NCBI GenBank assembly: GCA_036398375.1
Contig: DASWPQ010000060.1
Location: forward strand, 72,956-136,955
Direction: 5' to 3'
DNA: 64,000 nucleotides
Source of the DNA: Gryllotalpicola sp.
GTDB lineage: Bacteria; Actinomycetota; Actinomycetes; Actinomycetales; Microbacteriaceae
Positions 1 to 10,907 of this stretch are shown here, piece by piece; positions within the stretch are counted from its first letter, which is position 1, and each line of letters starts with the position of its first letter. The position numbers were made by a program, and so were the translations under genes. The notes beneath the pieces are model-generated. The model did no database searches. It was not told where the DNA came from and worked only from the letters and a program-made list of their open reading frames with translations.

Positions 1-13
1 CGGGACGGGGAGG

Positions 14-667
14 CTACGCGTCTCCATCTCGGCGCTCTTCGCTCCCGGCATCCCCCGACGCCGCATCCCCGGCCCCAGCCTGCCTCGCCGCGGCATCCCC
101 AGGCTCGGCATGCCCAGGCTCGGCATGCCCGGACCCGACATGCCCGGACTCGGCATCCGCTGACGCCCGCCCGTCCAGACCGACGCCGCGCAGGGTCAGG
201 ATCAGGAACAGCGCCATGGCCGCCACGATCGCCGAGTCGGCGAGGTTGAAGATCGCCGGAAGCAGGGGGATCTTGATGAAGTCGACGACCTCGCCCTGGC
301 CGAAGGCCGGCGGTCGCAGCAGGCGATCGCAGAGGTTGCCGAGCAGCCCGCCGAGCAGCAGGCCGAAGACGACCGCCCAGGCCGCGGAGCGGATGCGCCG
401 GGCGTACCAGATCACGAACACGAGCACGCCGATGGCGATGATCGTGAAGACCCACGTCGACCCTGCCCCGATCGAGAAGGCAGCGCCCGGATTCCGGGTG
501 TACAGAAAGACGAGCAGGTTCCCGATGACCGGGACCCGCTCGCCTTCCGTGAGGTGCGCGACCACCAGCGCCTTGGCCACCTGGTCCACGATGAAGACGC
601 AGACGGCGACGGCGACGAGGACGACGATCGCGCGGACGCTGACCTTCGCTCGGGGGCTAGGCTCCAA
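14..667 (-). CDS. lspA: Lipoprotein signal peptidase II
   Basis: Motifs DQVAK, RNPGAAFS, GNLCDR, GEVVDFI, FNLAD; follows divIVA. TTG start at 667 is tentative (ORF is open to 697). Confidence 0.93.
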   Translation of the reverse strand: MEPSPRAKVSVRAIVVLVAVAVCVFIVDQVAKALVVAHLTEGERVPVIGNLLVFLYTRNPGAAFSIGAGSTWVFTIIAIGVLVFVIWYARRIRSAAWAVVFGLLLGGLLGNLCDRLLRPPAFGQGEVVDFIKIPLLPAIFNLADSAIVAAMALFLILTLRGVGLDGRASADAESGHVGSGHAEPGHAEPGDAAARQAGAGDAASGDAGSEERRDGDA

Positions 668-1370
668 AGCCCTGGAAGCTCGGAGCCGAACCGGCACCCT
701 GCGCGACCGGCGCGGAGCCGGTCGGGGCGGAGGAGCCCGTCGCCTCGAGGTCCTTCAGCTGGCCCTCGATGTAGTTCTTGAGCTTGGCACGGTAGTCGCG
801 CTCGAAGGTGCGCAGCTGGTCGATCTTGCCCTCGAGCGTTGCGCGCTGCTGGTCGAGCGCGGCGATCTGCTCCTTCTGCTTCGCCTCGGCCTCGGCGACG
901 AGGCGGGCGGCGGTCGCGTGGCCGTCCGCGATGAGCTCGTCGCGCTTGGCCTTGCCCTCGGCGACGTGCTCCTCGTGCAGGCGACGGGCCAGCTGGAGCA
1001 GGTTGTTGGTGCTCTGGGTCTCGTCGATCGGCTCGGGCGCGGCGACCGGCACGGCGGTCGTGGCGACGGGAACCGGAGCGGGGACGGGAGCCGGCACCGG
1101 GGCGGGGGCTGCGGCGACAGGGGCCGACACGGGCTCGGGCACAACGGCCGCCTCGACGGGCGCGGCGGAGGCGCCGCTGCGCTGCAGCTCGGCGACGCGA
1201 GAGTCGGCGGCGACCAGGCGCTGCTTGAGCTCGTCGTTCTCCTGGTTCAGGCGACGCAGCTCGACGACGACCTCATCGAGGAAGTCATCGACCTCGTCCT
1301 GGTCGTAGCCCTCGCGGAACTTCGTCGGCTGGAACCGCTTGTTGACTACGTCTTCCGGAGTAAGCGCCAT
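657..1370 (-). CDS. divIVA: DivIVA/Wag31 polar growth protein
   Basis: N-terminus MALTPEDVVNKRF...GYDQDEVDDFLD, coiled coil, FERDYRAKLK. Confidence 0.96.
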   Translation of the reverse strand: MALTPEDVVNKRFQPTKFREGYDQDEVDDFLDEVVVELRRLNQENDELKQRLVAADSRVAELQRSGASAAPVEAAVVPEPVSAPVAAAPAPVPAPVPAPVPVATTAVPVAAPEPIDETQSTNNLLQLARRLHEEHVAEGKAKRDELIADGHATAARLVAEAEAKQKEQIAALDQQRATLEGKIDQLRTFERDYRAKLKNYIEGQLKDLEATGSSAPTGSAPVAQGAGSAPSFQGFGA

Positions 1371-1431
1371 GGCTTTTCATCCTCAGCTTTCGAAACGGAC
1401 GTCTGAGACGTGATTGACCAAACTTAGCAAA

Positions 1432-1734
1432 TCAGAGCGAGGTGAATGCAGAGGCGACGTACATGAGGATGACGCAGCACAGCATCGTGATGGGCCAGCC
1501 GAAGTCGAGCGCCACCGGCCCGAACGACACCGGCGGGAGCAGCCGTCGGAACAGCCGGATCGGCGGGTCGGTCACCGCGTAGACGGCCTCGGCCGCGACC
1601 AGACCGGCCCCTCGGGGCCGCCAGCCGCGGCGCACCGCACGCACCAGGTCGAGCACGAAGCGCGCCCACATGGTCAGGAAGTAGATCAGCAGGAGGTAGT
1701 AGACGACGCTGGCGACGATCGAAACGGCAGGCAC
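1432..1734 (-). CDS. YggT/YlmG family membrane protein
   Basis: TDPPIRLFRRLLPP..GPVALDF motif; lies between sepF and divIVA. Confidence 0.9.
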   Translation of the reverse strand: MPAVSIVASVVYYLLLIYFLTMWARFVLDLVRAVRRGWRPRGAGLVAAEAVYAVTDPPIRLFRRLLPPVSFGPVALDFGWPITMLCCVILMYVASAFTSL

Positions 1735-1810
1735 GTGTGAATTATCTCGGAGGACGCGAGCGGATACCTGAACGCCGCGACCGGCGTTGCGTCGGCCCCG
1801 GGAGGTCCGC

Positions 1811-2302
1811 CTAGCCCTGCGCGAAGAAGGACTCGGACTCGCCGCCGGCGGCCTTCTGCTCGCCCAGCACGGAGACGTGCTGCGGCGAGAGCAGGAAGAC
1901 CTTGTTGGTGACGCGCTCGATCTTGCCGAGCAGCCCCTGAGACAGGCCGCTGGCGAAGTCGATGAGGCGGCGGGCGTCGCCGTCGTTCATCTGCGAGAGA
2001 TTGATGATGACCGGGATGCCGTCCCGGAAGGCCTCCGCGATCGCCTGCGCGTCGCGGTACTGGCGCGGGTGCACCGTGAGGATCTCGTTCATCTCGGGGA
2101 CCGCCTGGGCTCGGACTGGGGTGTTCTTGCGGATCGGCACGACCGGGGCGCGCTCCGGGCGCGGCTGGGGTGCGGGCGCCGCGGGTGCGGCGGCTGCTTG
2201 CGGGGCCGGAGCGGCGCTTTCGCGGGGGCGCTCCTCCTCGTACTCGAACTCCTCGTCCGCGAGCCCGAGGTAGACCATGGTCTTCTTGAGCGGGTTGGCC
2301 AT
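1811..2302 (-). CDS. sepF: Cell division protein SepF
   Basis: Amphipathic N-terminus KKTMVYLGL; [11 protein letters not shown]...KVFLLSP; GGAGG RBS. Confidence 0.95.
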   Translation of the reverse strand: MANPLKKTMVYLGLADEEFEYEEERPRESAAPAPQAAAAPAAPAPQPRPERAPVVPIRKNTPVRAQAVPEMNEILTVHPRQYRDAQAIAEAFRDGIPVIINLSQMNDGDARRLIDFASGLSQGLLGKIERVTNKVFLLSPQHVSVLGEQKAAGGESESFFAQG

Positions 2303-2359
2303 TTCGTCCTCCGATGCGATGCACGTGCAGTGAATCGTCCTGCCACTGACTGCGCCAGA

Positions 2360-3049
2360 TTAACGCGCCGTCGGGCGCGGACCCGTGATTGCCGTGCCGA
2401 TGCGAAGGTGTGTCGCGCCTTCGAGGATCGCCGCGGGGAAGTCCCCGGACATCCCCGCCGAGATGTCGCTCGCCTGCGGGGCGAGCGCGCGAAGCCGATC
2501 GGATGCCGCCCGCACCCGCGCGAACGCGGCGCGGGGCTCCTCGCCCAGCGGGGCCACCGCCATGACTCCGCGCACGCGGAGGCCGGGCGCGGCGAGCGCA
2601 TGCTCGGCGAGAGATTCGAGGCCGGCGAGGGCGACGCCGCCGCGGCCGGGGTCGTCGCTGAGGTTCAGCTGCAGGAAGACGTCGACCGTCTCGTCCTCCG
2701 GATCCTCCGTGCGGCGCGCGAGCGCGTCGACGAGCGCCGGGCGGTCGACGGAGTGCACGATGTGCGCGTAACGCCGCACCTGGCGCACCTTGTTCGACTG
2801 CAGCTGGCCGATGAAGTGCCACACGAGACCGTCGAGATCGGCCGTCTCGGCCGCCTTCGCCTGTGCCTCCTGGTGCCGGCTCTCGCCGAGCTCGCGCACC
2901 CCGAGCGCGTGGAGCTCCCGGACGAGCTCGGCCGGGTGGAACTTGGTGACCACGATGGTCGTGAGGTCCCCCGGGTCGCGGTCGGCCGCCCGCGCGGCAT
3001 CCGTGATCGCGGATCGCACGGCGGCGAGCCGCTCCGCGAGCGACGGCAC
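2360..3049 (-). CDS. yggS: YggS/PLPBP PLP homeostasis protein
   Basis: VVTKF, WHFIGQLQSNKV, SAGMSGD, GATHLRIGTAI. Confidence 0.95.
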   Translation of the reverse strand: MPSLAERLAAVRSAITDAARAADRDPGDLTTIVVTKFHPAELVRELHALGVRELGESRHQEAQAKAAETADLDGLVWHFIGQLQSNKVRQVRRYAHIVHSVDRPALVDALARRTEDPEDETVDVFLQLNLSDDPGRGGVALAGLESLAEHALAAPGLRVRGVMAVAPLGEEPRAAFARVRAASDRLRALAPQASDISAGMSGDFPAAILEGATHLRIGTAITGPRPTAR

Positions 3050-3053
3050 CGGT

Positions 3054-4226
3054 TTACTTCAGGAAGTCGGGGATGTCGATGCCGTCCGCGTCGTCGAAGT
3101 CGCGGTCGGCGGGCAGCGCCGGTGCCTCGGGGGCCGCGGTCGGCGCCCAGGCGGCCACGGGCAGGTCCTCGGGCGCGAGCGCCTGGGTGTCCTCCCCGGC
3201 GGGCTCGGACGACGACGCGACGGACGCGCTCGCGATCTCCTCCGCGCGGTGCGCGCCGGGCTCGGACTTGATGTTCAGCTCGCCGCCGTCGAAGCCGGCC
3301 GCGATGACCGTGACGCGCACCTCGTCGCCGAGGGTGTCGTCGATGACCGTTCCGAAGATGATGTTCGCCTCGGGATGCACGACCTCCTGCACGAGGCGCG
3401 CGGCGTCGTTGATCTCGAAGATGCCGAGGTTGCTGCCGCCCTGGATCGACAGCAGGACACCGCGGGCGCCCTCGATGCTCGCCTCGAGCAGGGGGCTCGC
3501 CACGGCGAGCTCGGCCGCCTTGATGGCACGGTCGGCGCCGCGCGCCGAGCCGATGCCCATGAGCGCGGAGCCAGCGCCCTGCATGACCGACTTCACATCG
3601 GCGAAGTCGAGGTTGATGAGACCGGGGGTCGTGATGAGATCGGTGATGCCCTGCACACCGGCGAGCAGCACCTGGTCGGCCGTCGTGAAGGCCTCCATCA
3701 TGCTGATGCCGCGGTCGCTGATCTCGAGCAGGCGGTCGTTCGGCACGACGATGAGGGTGTCGACCTCTTCCTTCAGCCGGGCGACGCCCGCGGCGGCGGA
3801 GTCGGCTCGGCGCTTGCCCTCGAAGCTGAACGGCTTGGTGACGACACCGATCGTGAGCGCTCCTATCGACTTCGCGATGCGGGCCACGACGGGTGCGCCA
3901 CCGGTGCCGGTGCCGCCGCCCTCGCCTGCGGTCACGAAGACCATGTCAGCCCCGGCGAGCGCCTCTTCGATCTCCTCGGCGTGGTCCTCGGCTGCACGGC
4001 GCCCGACCTCGGGGTCGGCGCCCGCGCCGAGTCCGCGGGTGATCTCGCGGCCGACGTCGAGCTTGACGTCGGCATCGCTCATCAGCAGCGCCTGGGCGTC
4101 CGTGTTGATGGCGATGAACTCGACCCCGCGCAAGCCGAGCTCGATCATGCGGTTGACGGCGTTGACGCCGCCGCCGCCGATGCCGACCACCTTGATGACG
4201 GCGAGGTAGTTCTGGTTAGTGCTCAC
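3054..4226 (-). CDS. ftsZ: Cell division protein FtsZ
   Basis: [23 protein letters not shown]-terminal IDIPDFLK; GTG start at 4226 with GGAGG RBS. Confidence 0.99.
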   Translation of the reverse strand: MSTNQNYLAVIKVVGIGGGGVNAVNRMIELGLRGVEFIAINTDAQALLMSDADVKLDVGREITRGLGAGADPEVGRRAAEDHAEEIEEALAGADMVFVTAGEGGGTGTGGAPVVARIAKSIGALTIGVVTKPFSFEGKRRADSAAAGVARLKEEVDTLIVVPNDRLLEISDRGISMMEAFTTADQVLLAGVQGITDLITTPGLINLDFADVKSVMQGAGSALMGIGSARGADRAIKAAELAVASPLLEASIEGARGVLLSIQGGSNLGIFEINDAARLVQEVVHPEANIIFGTVIDDTLGDEVRVTVIAAGFDGGELNIKSEPGAHRAEEIASASVASSSEPAGEDTQALAPEDLPVAAWAPTAAPEAPALPADRDFDDADGIDIPDFLK

Positions 4227-4260
4227 GCTCTGGCCTCCGCTTGAACCTTGCTGTCGACCT

Positions 4261-4280
4261 TCAACCTCAACTAGAGGGTA
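4261..4280. promoter_or_regulatory. Putative FtsR (MerR-type) operator upstream of ftsZ
   Basis: Imperfect palindrome TCAACCTCAACTAGAGGGTA about 35 bp before the ftsZ start; resembles the C. glutamicum FtsR site as I recall it. Confidence 0.6.
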
Positions 4281-4399
4281 AAAGTTATGCTCGGTATGCA
4301 TTTACTTCTTCTGAAGGGTAGGACGCGGCATCCGAGTGCCCTTCGTCCCCGCGCGCGTGTCGCGCTTTTTTCTCGTTTTCGCTCGTGTTCGAGCAGAAG

Positions 4400-5500
4400 T
4401 CACCGCGTGATCGGGGCGCGTGGGCTCGAGACGTCGTAGACGTGCGCGCCGGCCGCGCCCTTGAGCAGGGCCTGAAGGTCGGCGGTCTTGAGCTCGATCT
4501 GATCCGGACCGCCCCACACCACGGTCTTGCCGCCCGCGAGGTTCAGCGTCACGTCGTTGGCGCTCGTCGCGCTCGCCCCCGTGACCGTCTTGCGCACGCT
4601 CGCGGGCAGCGCCGCGACGACCGCGGCGGCCGCCGCGAAGCCCTCGGACGAGGACGGCTGCTCCCCCGCCTTCAGCGCGACGAGCGGGTAGCCGGCCTGC
4701 CGCTTCGCACCGGCGGCGAGCACGACCCCCGCCTGGTCGACGAGCTCGTAGCTCGAGCCCTCCTTGACGACCGCGAGCGGGGTGCGCTCCGTGATCTCGA
4801 CCACAAGGGTGGACGGCGGCCGCAGCTGGGTCGAGTACGACTCGATGAGGCGGAAGTCGTCGAGGGCGTGGCGGATGTCGCCGCTCCGCACGAGCGGCAG
4901 CGGCGTGCCGAGCTCGCCGGCGAGCGCCTTCTGCACCGCCGCCGCCGTGACCGAATGGGTGCCGACGACCTCGATGTGCTTGAGCGACATGAGCGGCGAG
5001 TACGCCGTCACGACCGCTCCCCCGATCACGGCGACGACGACCGCGGCGCCGACGAGCTGCAGCTTCCGCAGCCGGCGTGTGCGCGCGGTGAAGCGGCGCG
5101 CCTCCTGACGCTCGACCCGGCGCCGCCGCCCGGCGGCACGGCGCACCGCCCGCCAGGACTCGAAGCGCGAGACGAGACCCCGCTCCGGAGCGCTCGCCGA
5201 GGCATCCGCCCGGGGCGATGCGCCCGGGGCGCCGGCCGAGCCCGACGGATCGGCCGAACCGGTCGAACTCGGCGCATCGGACGCGCTGCGGGCGGTCTGC
5301 GCGGCCTGCTCCTCGGCGCCGAACAGCGCGATCGGCTCGGTCAGCTGCGCATCCGACTCGACCGGCGGGGCAGCCGGGTCGACCGATCGCGCAGCCGGCT
5401 CGTGGGCGAGAACGGATGCCGGGGCCGGCCGCTCCTCGACGGGCGGCCGCTCGGGCCGCACGGGCAGCGGCCGCTGTGCCGGAGCGGTGGGGCGCCGCAT
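4400..5500 (-). CDS. ftsQ: FtsQ (POTRA domain)
   Basis: Long disordered N-terminus, single TM, P.TLVVEITERTP, YDVSSP; between murC and ftsZ. Confidence 0.9.
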   Translation of the reverse strand: MRRPTAPAQRPLPVRPERPPVEERPAPASVLAHEPAARSVDPAAPPVESDAQLTEPIALFGAEEQAAQTARSASDAPSSTGSADPSGSAGAPGASPRADASASAPERGLVSRFESWRAVRRAAGRRRRVERQEARRFTARTRRLRKLQLVGAAVVVAVIGGAVVTAYSPLMSLKHIEVVGTHSVTAAAVQKALAGELGTPLPLVRSGDIRHALDDFRLIESYSTQLRPPSTLVVEITERTPLAVVKEGSSYELVDQAGVVLAAGAKRQAGYPLVALKAGEQPSSSEGFAAAAAVVAALPASVRKTVTGASATSANDVTLNLAGGKTVVWGGPDQIELKTADLQALLKGAAGAHVYDVSSPRAPITR

Positions 5501-5504
5501 GCCG

Positions 5505-6920
5505 TCAGCCCTTCGCCGCCTGCTGCCGCTGGGCAGACTGGAGCGCATCGAGCAGCTGCGGCACGATCAGGTTGACGTTCCCGCAGCCGAGGGTGATGAC
5601 GAAGTCGCCGTCCCGCGCGAAGCCGGCTGTGAAGTCGGCGGCCTGCTGCCAGTCGGGGATGAAGGCGACCTTCGACGGGTCATGGAAGCGCCCGGAGACG
5701 AGCGCGCCCGTGACGCCGGGCACGGGGTCCTCCCGTGCGCCGAAGACATCGAGCACGATGGTCTCGTCGGCGTACTCCTCCAGCGTGTCCGCGAACTCCT
5801 GCGCCAGGCGCTGGGTGCGGCTGTAGGTGTGCGGCTGGTGCACGGCGATGATGCGGCCGTTGCCGACGACGCTGCGCGCCGCCTCCAGCACCGCCCGGAC
5901 CTCAGTGGGGTGGTGGGCATAGTCGTCGTAGACGCTCACCCCGCCGATCGTGCCGTGCAGCTCGAAGCGGCGGTGCGTGCCGCCGAAGTGCTCGAGCGCC
6001 TCGAGCGCAGGTGCCGCCTCGAAGCCGAGCCCCGTGAGCACGGCCAGCGCGGCGGCGGCGTTGAGCGCGTTGTGGCGCCCCGGGGTCCGCAGCTGCGCCC
6101 GGTGGCTCACGCCGTCGAGCGTGACCGTGAAGGCGACACCCCCATGCGTCGAGATGTCGCTGACGCGGACGTCGGCGCCCGCCCGCTCCCCGACGGTGAC
6201 GACGTTCTGGTGCGAGATGCGCGCCGCGACGGCCTGGGCGCCCGGATCATCGGCGCCCAGGACGACGAGCTCGCGCGCCCCGTCGGCGAAGGAGACGAAG
6301 GCGTCCTCGACGGCCGCGTAGGAGCCGTAGTGGTCGAGGTGGTCGTCGTCGACGTTGAGGATCAGCGCCACGGCGGCGGCGTAGAGCAGGAAGGAGCCGT
6401 CGGACTCGTCGGCCTCGATCACGAAGAGCTCGGAGTCGCCGTGCCTGGCGCTCGTCTCGAGCCCCTCGATGACGGCGCCGTTGACGAAGCTCGGGTCCGC
6501 GCCCAGCTGCACGAGGGCGGTGGCGAGCATGCCCGTCGTCGTCGACTTGCCGTGGGCGCCGGCGACGGCGACGAGCCGGCTCGCGCGGGCGAGCCAGGCC
6601 AGCGCCTGCGAGCGGTGCAGCACGGGGATGCCGTGCGCAAGGGCGTACTGGTACTCCGGATTGTCCTGCCACAGCGCGCCCGTGACGACGAGCGTGTCCG
6701 CGGCGCCGACGTTCGCGGCGTCGTGCCCGATGTGCACGGTGGCGCCCAGCTCGCGCAGCGTGCGCGTGTACTCGCTCTCGGCACGGTCGGACCCCGTGAC
6801 CGGGATGCCGGCGGCGAGGAACAGCCGGGCGATGCCGTTCATGCCCGATCCGCCGATCCCGACGAAGTGCGCGGCGCCGATCTTCTCCGGCAGCGGCATC
6901 GAGAGCTCGGGCTTGATCAC
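5505..6920 (-). CDS. murC: UDP-MurNAc first amino acid ligase MurC
   Basis: [34 protein letters not shown]. Confidence 0.97.
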   Translation of the reverse strand: MIKPELSMPLPEKIGAAHFVGIGGSGMNGIARLFLAAGIPVTGSDRAESEYTRTLRELGATVHIGHDAANVGAADTLVVTGALWQDNPEYQYALAHGIPVLHRSQALAWLARASRLVAVAGAHGKSTTTGMLATALVQLGADPSFVNGAVIEGLETSARHGDSELFVIEADESDGSFLLYAAAVALILNVDDDHLDHYGSYAAVEDAFVSFADGARELVVLGADDPGAQAVAARISHQNVVTVGERAGADVRVSDISTHGGVAFTVTLDGVSHRAQLRTPGRHNALNAAAALAVLTGLGFEAAPALEALEHFGGTHRRFELHGTIGGVSVYDDYAHHPTEVRAVLEAARSVVGNGRIIAVHQPHTYSRTQRLAQEFADTLEEYADETIVLDVFGAREDPVPGVTGALVSGRFHDPSKVAFIPDWQQAADFTAGFARDGDFVITLGCGNVNLIVPQLLDALQSAQRQQAAKG

Positions 6921-6957
6921 GGGTTCCAGTATCTCCGTCTCGTGCTGGGAGGGGGGT

Positions 6958-8028
6958 TCAGACGCGCACGGCTTCGTCGATCAGAGCGACCAGGCGCGCA
7001 GCGCCGTCCGTGACGCCGACGGATGCCGCGGCCTCCGCCATCACCTCGAGCCGCGGTTCGTCGCGCAGCAGCGGCAGCAGATTCGCGCCGACCCAGTGCT
7101 CCGTGAACGCGCTGTCCGCCACGAGGATCCCGCCGCCGGCCTGCACGACGTCGGCGGCGTTGAAGCGCTGCTCGCCGTTGCCGACCGGGTACGGCACGTA
7201 GACGGCCGGCAGGCCGAGCGCCGTGAGCTCGCTCACCGTCGCGGCGCCCGCGCGGCTGACGACGATGTCGCAGGCGGCCAGCGCCTGCTCCATCTCGTCG
7301 AGGTAGTCGATGAGGTGGTAGCCCGGCAGCCCGGGGTCCTCGAACTCGTGCGCGTTGCCCTGGATGTGCAGCACCTGGTAGCCGCAGTCGAGCACCTTCC
7401 GCGCCGAGTCGAGCATGGTGCGGTTGATGCGGCGCGCGCCCAGGGAGCCGCCGGTGACGAGCAGGGTCGGGCGCTCGTCGAGGTCGAAGCGGTTGCGGGC
7501 GCGCACCCGTGCCTCCCGTCGCTCGAGCGTCGCGATCTCGGGGCGCAGCGGCATGCCGACGAAGCGGGCGTGCGGCAGCGGCGTGCCGCGGAAGGCCACG
7601 CCGACGAACTCGGTGATGCGCGCGCCGAGGCGGCTCGCGAGGCCGGGCTTCGCGTTCGCCTCGTGCAGCACGAGCGGCACCCTGGCGCGCCGGGCGGCAA
7701 GGTAGGCGGGGGCCGCGGCGTAGCCGCCGAAGCCCACGACGGCATCGACGCGCCGCTCGCGGATGAGCCGCTGCACCTGCCGCACCGTGCCCCACCAGCG
7801 GGCGGGGAAGCCGAGGGCGGCACCGTTCAGCCGGCGCGGGAACGGCAGCTTCGGGATCGTGACGAGCTCGTAGCCGCGCTGCGGGACGAGCCGGGATTCG
7901 AGCCCCTCCGCCGTCCCGAGCACGATGATCCCGGCATCCGGATGCAGCTCGCGCAGCTTGTCGGCTGTGGCCAGCAACGGATTCACGTGGCCGGCGGTGC
8001 CCCCGCCGGCGAGAAGGTACGTCGTCAC
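6958..8028 (-). CDS. murG: Lipid I GlcNAc transferase MurG
   Basis: [26 protein letters not shown]. Confidence 0.97.
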   Translation of the reverse strand: MTTYLLAGGGTAGHVNPLLATADKLRELHPDAGIIVLGTAEGLESRLVPQRGYELVTIPKLPFPRRLNGAALGFPARWWGTVRQVQRLIRERRVDAVVGFGGYAAAPAYLAARRARVPLVLHEANAKPGLASRLGARITEFVGVAFRGTPLPHARFVGMPLRPEIATLERREARVRARNRFDLDERPTLLVTGGSLGARRINRTMLDSARKVLDCGYQVLHIQGNAHEFEDPGLPGYHLIDYLDEMEQALAACDIVVSRAGAATVSELTALGLPAVYVPYPVGNGEQRFNAADVVQAGGGILVADSAFTEHWVGANLLPLLRDEPRLEVMAEAAASVGVTDGAARLVALIDEAVRV

Positions 8029-9266
8029 TTCTCAACCGTAGTGATCTGCGCGCCCGCCTGGCTGTGCTCGTCACGGGCGAAGGACAGCAGGATGCCGACG
8101 GCGGCGAGCGTCGACACGAGTGCCGTGCCGCCGGAGGAGATCAACGGCAACGGCACGCCCATGCCCGGCGCCAGGCCGACGACGACGGCGATGTTGATCA
8201 GGGCCTGGCCGATGATCCAGACGAACATCGCCCCGCTCACGACACGCGCGTACATGCTGGGCGCCGTGCGGACCACGCGCAGGATCGCGATGGCGAGGGC
8301 GACGAACAGCAGCAGGACCAGCACGGCCCCGACCATGCCGAGCTCCTCGCCGATGACCGCGTAGATGTAGTCGGTGGACGAGGCGGGCAGCCAGCTCCAC
8401 TTCGACTGGGAGTTGCCGAGCCCGACGCCGAAGACGCCGCCGTTCGCCATGCCCCACAGTGCCTGTTGCGGCTGGTAGCCCGTGCCGTTCGCGTCCGCCT
8501 GAGCGGGGTCCAGGAAGGCCGAGATGCGGCTGATGCGGCTCGCATCGCCCATCGACAGCACAAGGACGCCCGGTACCGCGAGCGCCCCGAGGAGGGCGAG
8601 CTGCCACAGCGGGACGCTGGCGAAGAACAGCGCCGCGAAAAGCACCATGCCGACGATGAGCGTCGTGCCGAGGTCGTGCCCCTTGAGGATCAGGAAGATC
8701 ACGACACCGCTCACGAGCAGCGCGGGAACCATCGTCTGGCCGAACTGCCTGATCCGCGCCTCCTTGCGCTGCAGGAAGGTGCCGAGCCAGAGGATGAGCG
8801 CGAACTTCATCAGCTCGGAGGGCTGGAACACGATCGGCCCGAGCGCGAGCCAGTTCCGGTTGCCGCCCTGCAGCACGCCGAGCGGGGTGAAGACGACGAG
8901 CGCTTGGAGGGCACAGGACCCGAGCAGCGCCAGGAAGGAGATGCGCTGCCAGAACCGCCGCGGCACGCGCGAGATGACCATCATGAACGCGACACCGATG
9001 ATCGCGTAGGAGCCCTGCGAGAAGAACTTGGCGAAGAAGCTCGATCCGTCGGCGTGCGCGGAGACGTAGGAGGAGGACAGCACCATGAGCAGCCCGAAGC
9101 CGACCATGAACAGCGTCAGCCCGAGCAGCAGCAGGTAGTTGGCGGACTCCGCCTCGAAGGCCCGGCCCATGCGGATCCGCGCCGAGTGCATCACCGCGCG
9201 GGCCCGTTGGGCTCCGTCCGTGACGGAGACGTGCGGGGCCCGGGGACGGTCGGCCTGCGTAGTCAC
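8025..9266 (-). CDS. ftsW: SEDS peptidoglycan polymerase FtsW
   Basis: FQPSELMK, GVGLGNS, TDYIYAVIGEELG, PLPLISSGG. Confidence 0.96.
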   Translation of the reverse strand: MTTQADRPRAPHVSVTDGAQRARAVMHSARIRMGRAFEAESANYLLLLGLTLFMVGFGLLMVLSSSYVSAHADGSSFFAKFFSQGSYAIIGVAFMMVISRVPRRFWQRISFLALLGSCALQALVVFTPLGVLQGGNRNWLALGPIVFQPSELMKFALILWLGTFLQRKEARIRQFGQTMVPALLVSGVVIFLILKGHDLGTTLIVGMVLFAALFFASVPLWQLALLGALAVPGVLVLSMGDASRISRISAFLDPAQADANGTGYQPQQALWGMANGGVFGVGLGNSQSKWSWLPASSTDYIYAVIGEELGMVGAVLVLLLFVALAIAILRVVRTAPSMYARVVSGAMFVWIIGQALINIAVVVGLAPGMGVPLPLISSGGTALVSTLAAVGILLSFARDEHSQAGAQITTVEK

Positions 9267-9320
9267 CTGGTCATCCTCACAAACGGATGCCGCGCCCGCG
9301 GTCCCGGCACGCCGGGGGCG

Positions 9321-10907
9321 TTACTCCGAATCCCCCGAGAGCCGGTCCCGCACGGCCTCCGCGAACCGCCGGCCGCGCTCGGCGTAGTCCGCGAACTGGT
9401 CCATCGAGGCAGCGGCCGGGGCGAGCAGCACCGTGTCGCCGTCCTGCGCGACGGCGGCGGCGAAGCGCACGGCGGCCCCCATGACGCCGGTGCCCTGCCC
9501 ATGGGCGCCCTGCCCACCGACACTGTGCTCGCCGACGCCCTGCTCGTCGACGCCCTGCTCGTCGACCTCGAACAGCGGCAGCTCCGGGGCGTGCGCGCGG
9601 AACGCCGCGCGCAGCGCGTCGCGGTCCGCGCCGATCAGCACGACACCGCGCAGCCGGGGGGCGTGCGTCGCGACGAGCTCGTCGATGTCGACGCCCTTCA
9701 GCAGGCCGCCCGCGATCCACACGACCGACGGGAACGCCTTCAGCGAGGCATCCGCCGCATGCGGGTTCGTGGCCTTCGAGTCGTCGATCCAGGTCACGCC
9801 GCGATCCACGGCGACGAGCTCGATGCGGTGCGCGTCGAGCTGGAAGGTCTTCAGCGCCTCGTGGATGGCCCCCGTCTCGACACCGTAGGAGCGGGCGAGG
9901 GCGGCGGCGGCGAGGATGTTCGCGACGATGTGCGGGGCGTTCAGGCCCGTCTGCGCGAGCTCCTCCGCCGTGGTGAGCTCGAGGGCCGTGTGGTGCCGCT
10001 CGTCGAGGAAGGCCCGGTCGACGAGGATGCCCTCGATGACGCCGAAGTCGCTCGGCCCGGGCACGCCGAGCCCGAAGCCGATGGCGCGGGCGCCCTCCTC
10101 GACCTCGGCCTCCTCGACCATGCGCATGGTCTCCTCGTCGTCCTTGTTGTACACGCAGGCGACCCGGGTGTTCTCGTACACCTTCGCCTTCGCGGCGCGG
10201 TAGGCGTCGAAGGAGCCGTGCCACTCGAGGTGGTCGTCGGCGATGTTGAGGCACACGCTCGCGTAGGGGTGCAGCTCGCCGGCCGGCCCGTGCCGGTTGA
10301 CGCGGTGCAGCTGGTGGCTGGAGAGCTCGACGACGAGGACGTCGAAGCCCTGCGGGTCGCGGATCGCGTCGAGGACGGGGACGCCGATGTTCCCCGCCGG
10401 GGCGGCTCGCAGCCCTGCCGCCGCGAGGAAGGTCGCGGCGAGCCGGGTCGTTGTGGTCTTGCCGTTCGTCCCGGTGACCGCGATCCAGTCGGCGGGCGTC
10501 CCGTCCGGCCGCACAACCTTGTCGCGCAACCGCCAGGCGAGCTCGATGTCGCCCCAGACCGGCAGGCCGGCCTCGTCCTCCGCCCAGTGCAGGATCGGAT
10601 GCCCGGGCGGGAAGCCCGGGTTCGCGATGACGAGCTCCGGCTCGAACTCGAGCAGCCTTTCTGGCGGCCCGTCGAGCGTCTCGTCGACCACCAGCTCGGC
10701 GCCGATGACCTGCAGCATCCGGGTGCGGTCCGCGTCGGCGGCCTGGGTGACGACGAGGACCTCGCTGCCGAGCTCGACGAGCGTGTCGGCGACGGAGAAG
10801 CCGGTCCGGCCGAGGCCGAACACGGCGACGCGCAGCCCCCTCCAGGTATCCGTGTGCCACGAGCTCAGCGCCTCGAAGTCGATGGCGCGCACGTGTCGTC
10901 CGCTCAT
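9321..10907 (-). CDS. murD: D-glutamate ligase MurD
   Basis: [33 protein letters not shown]; ATG overlaps mraY stop (ATGA). Confidence 0.96.
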   Translation of the reverse strand: MSGRHVRAIDFEALSSWHTDTWRGLRVAVFGLGRTGFSVADTLVELGSEVLVVTQAADADRTRMLQVIGAELVVDETLDGPPERLLEFEPELVIANPGFPPGHPILHWAEDEAGLPVWGDIELAWRLRDKVVRPDGTPADWIAVTGTNGKTTTTRLAATFLAAAGLRAAPAGNIGVPVLDAIRDPQGFDVLVVELSSHQLHRVNRHGPAGELHPYASVCLNIADDHLEWHGSFDAYRAAKAKVYENTRVACVYNKDDEETMRMVEEAEVEEGARAIGFGLGVPGPSDFGVIEGILVDRAFLDERHHTALELTTAEELAQTGLNAPHIVANILAAAALARSYGVETGAIHEALKTFQLDAHRIELVAVDRGVTWIDDSKATNPHAADASLKAFPSVVWIAGGLLKGVDIDELVATHAPRLRGVVLIGADRDALRAAFRAHAPELPLFEVDEQGVDEQGVGEHSVGGQGAHGQGTGVMGAAVRFAAAVAQDGDTVLLAPAAASMDQFADYAERGRRFAEAVRDRLSGDSE

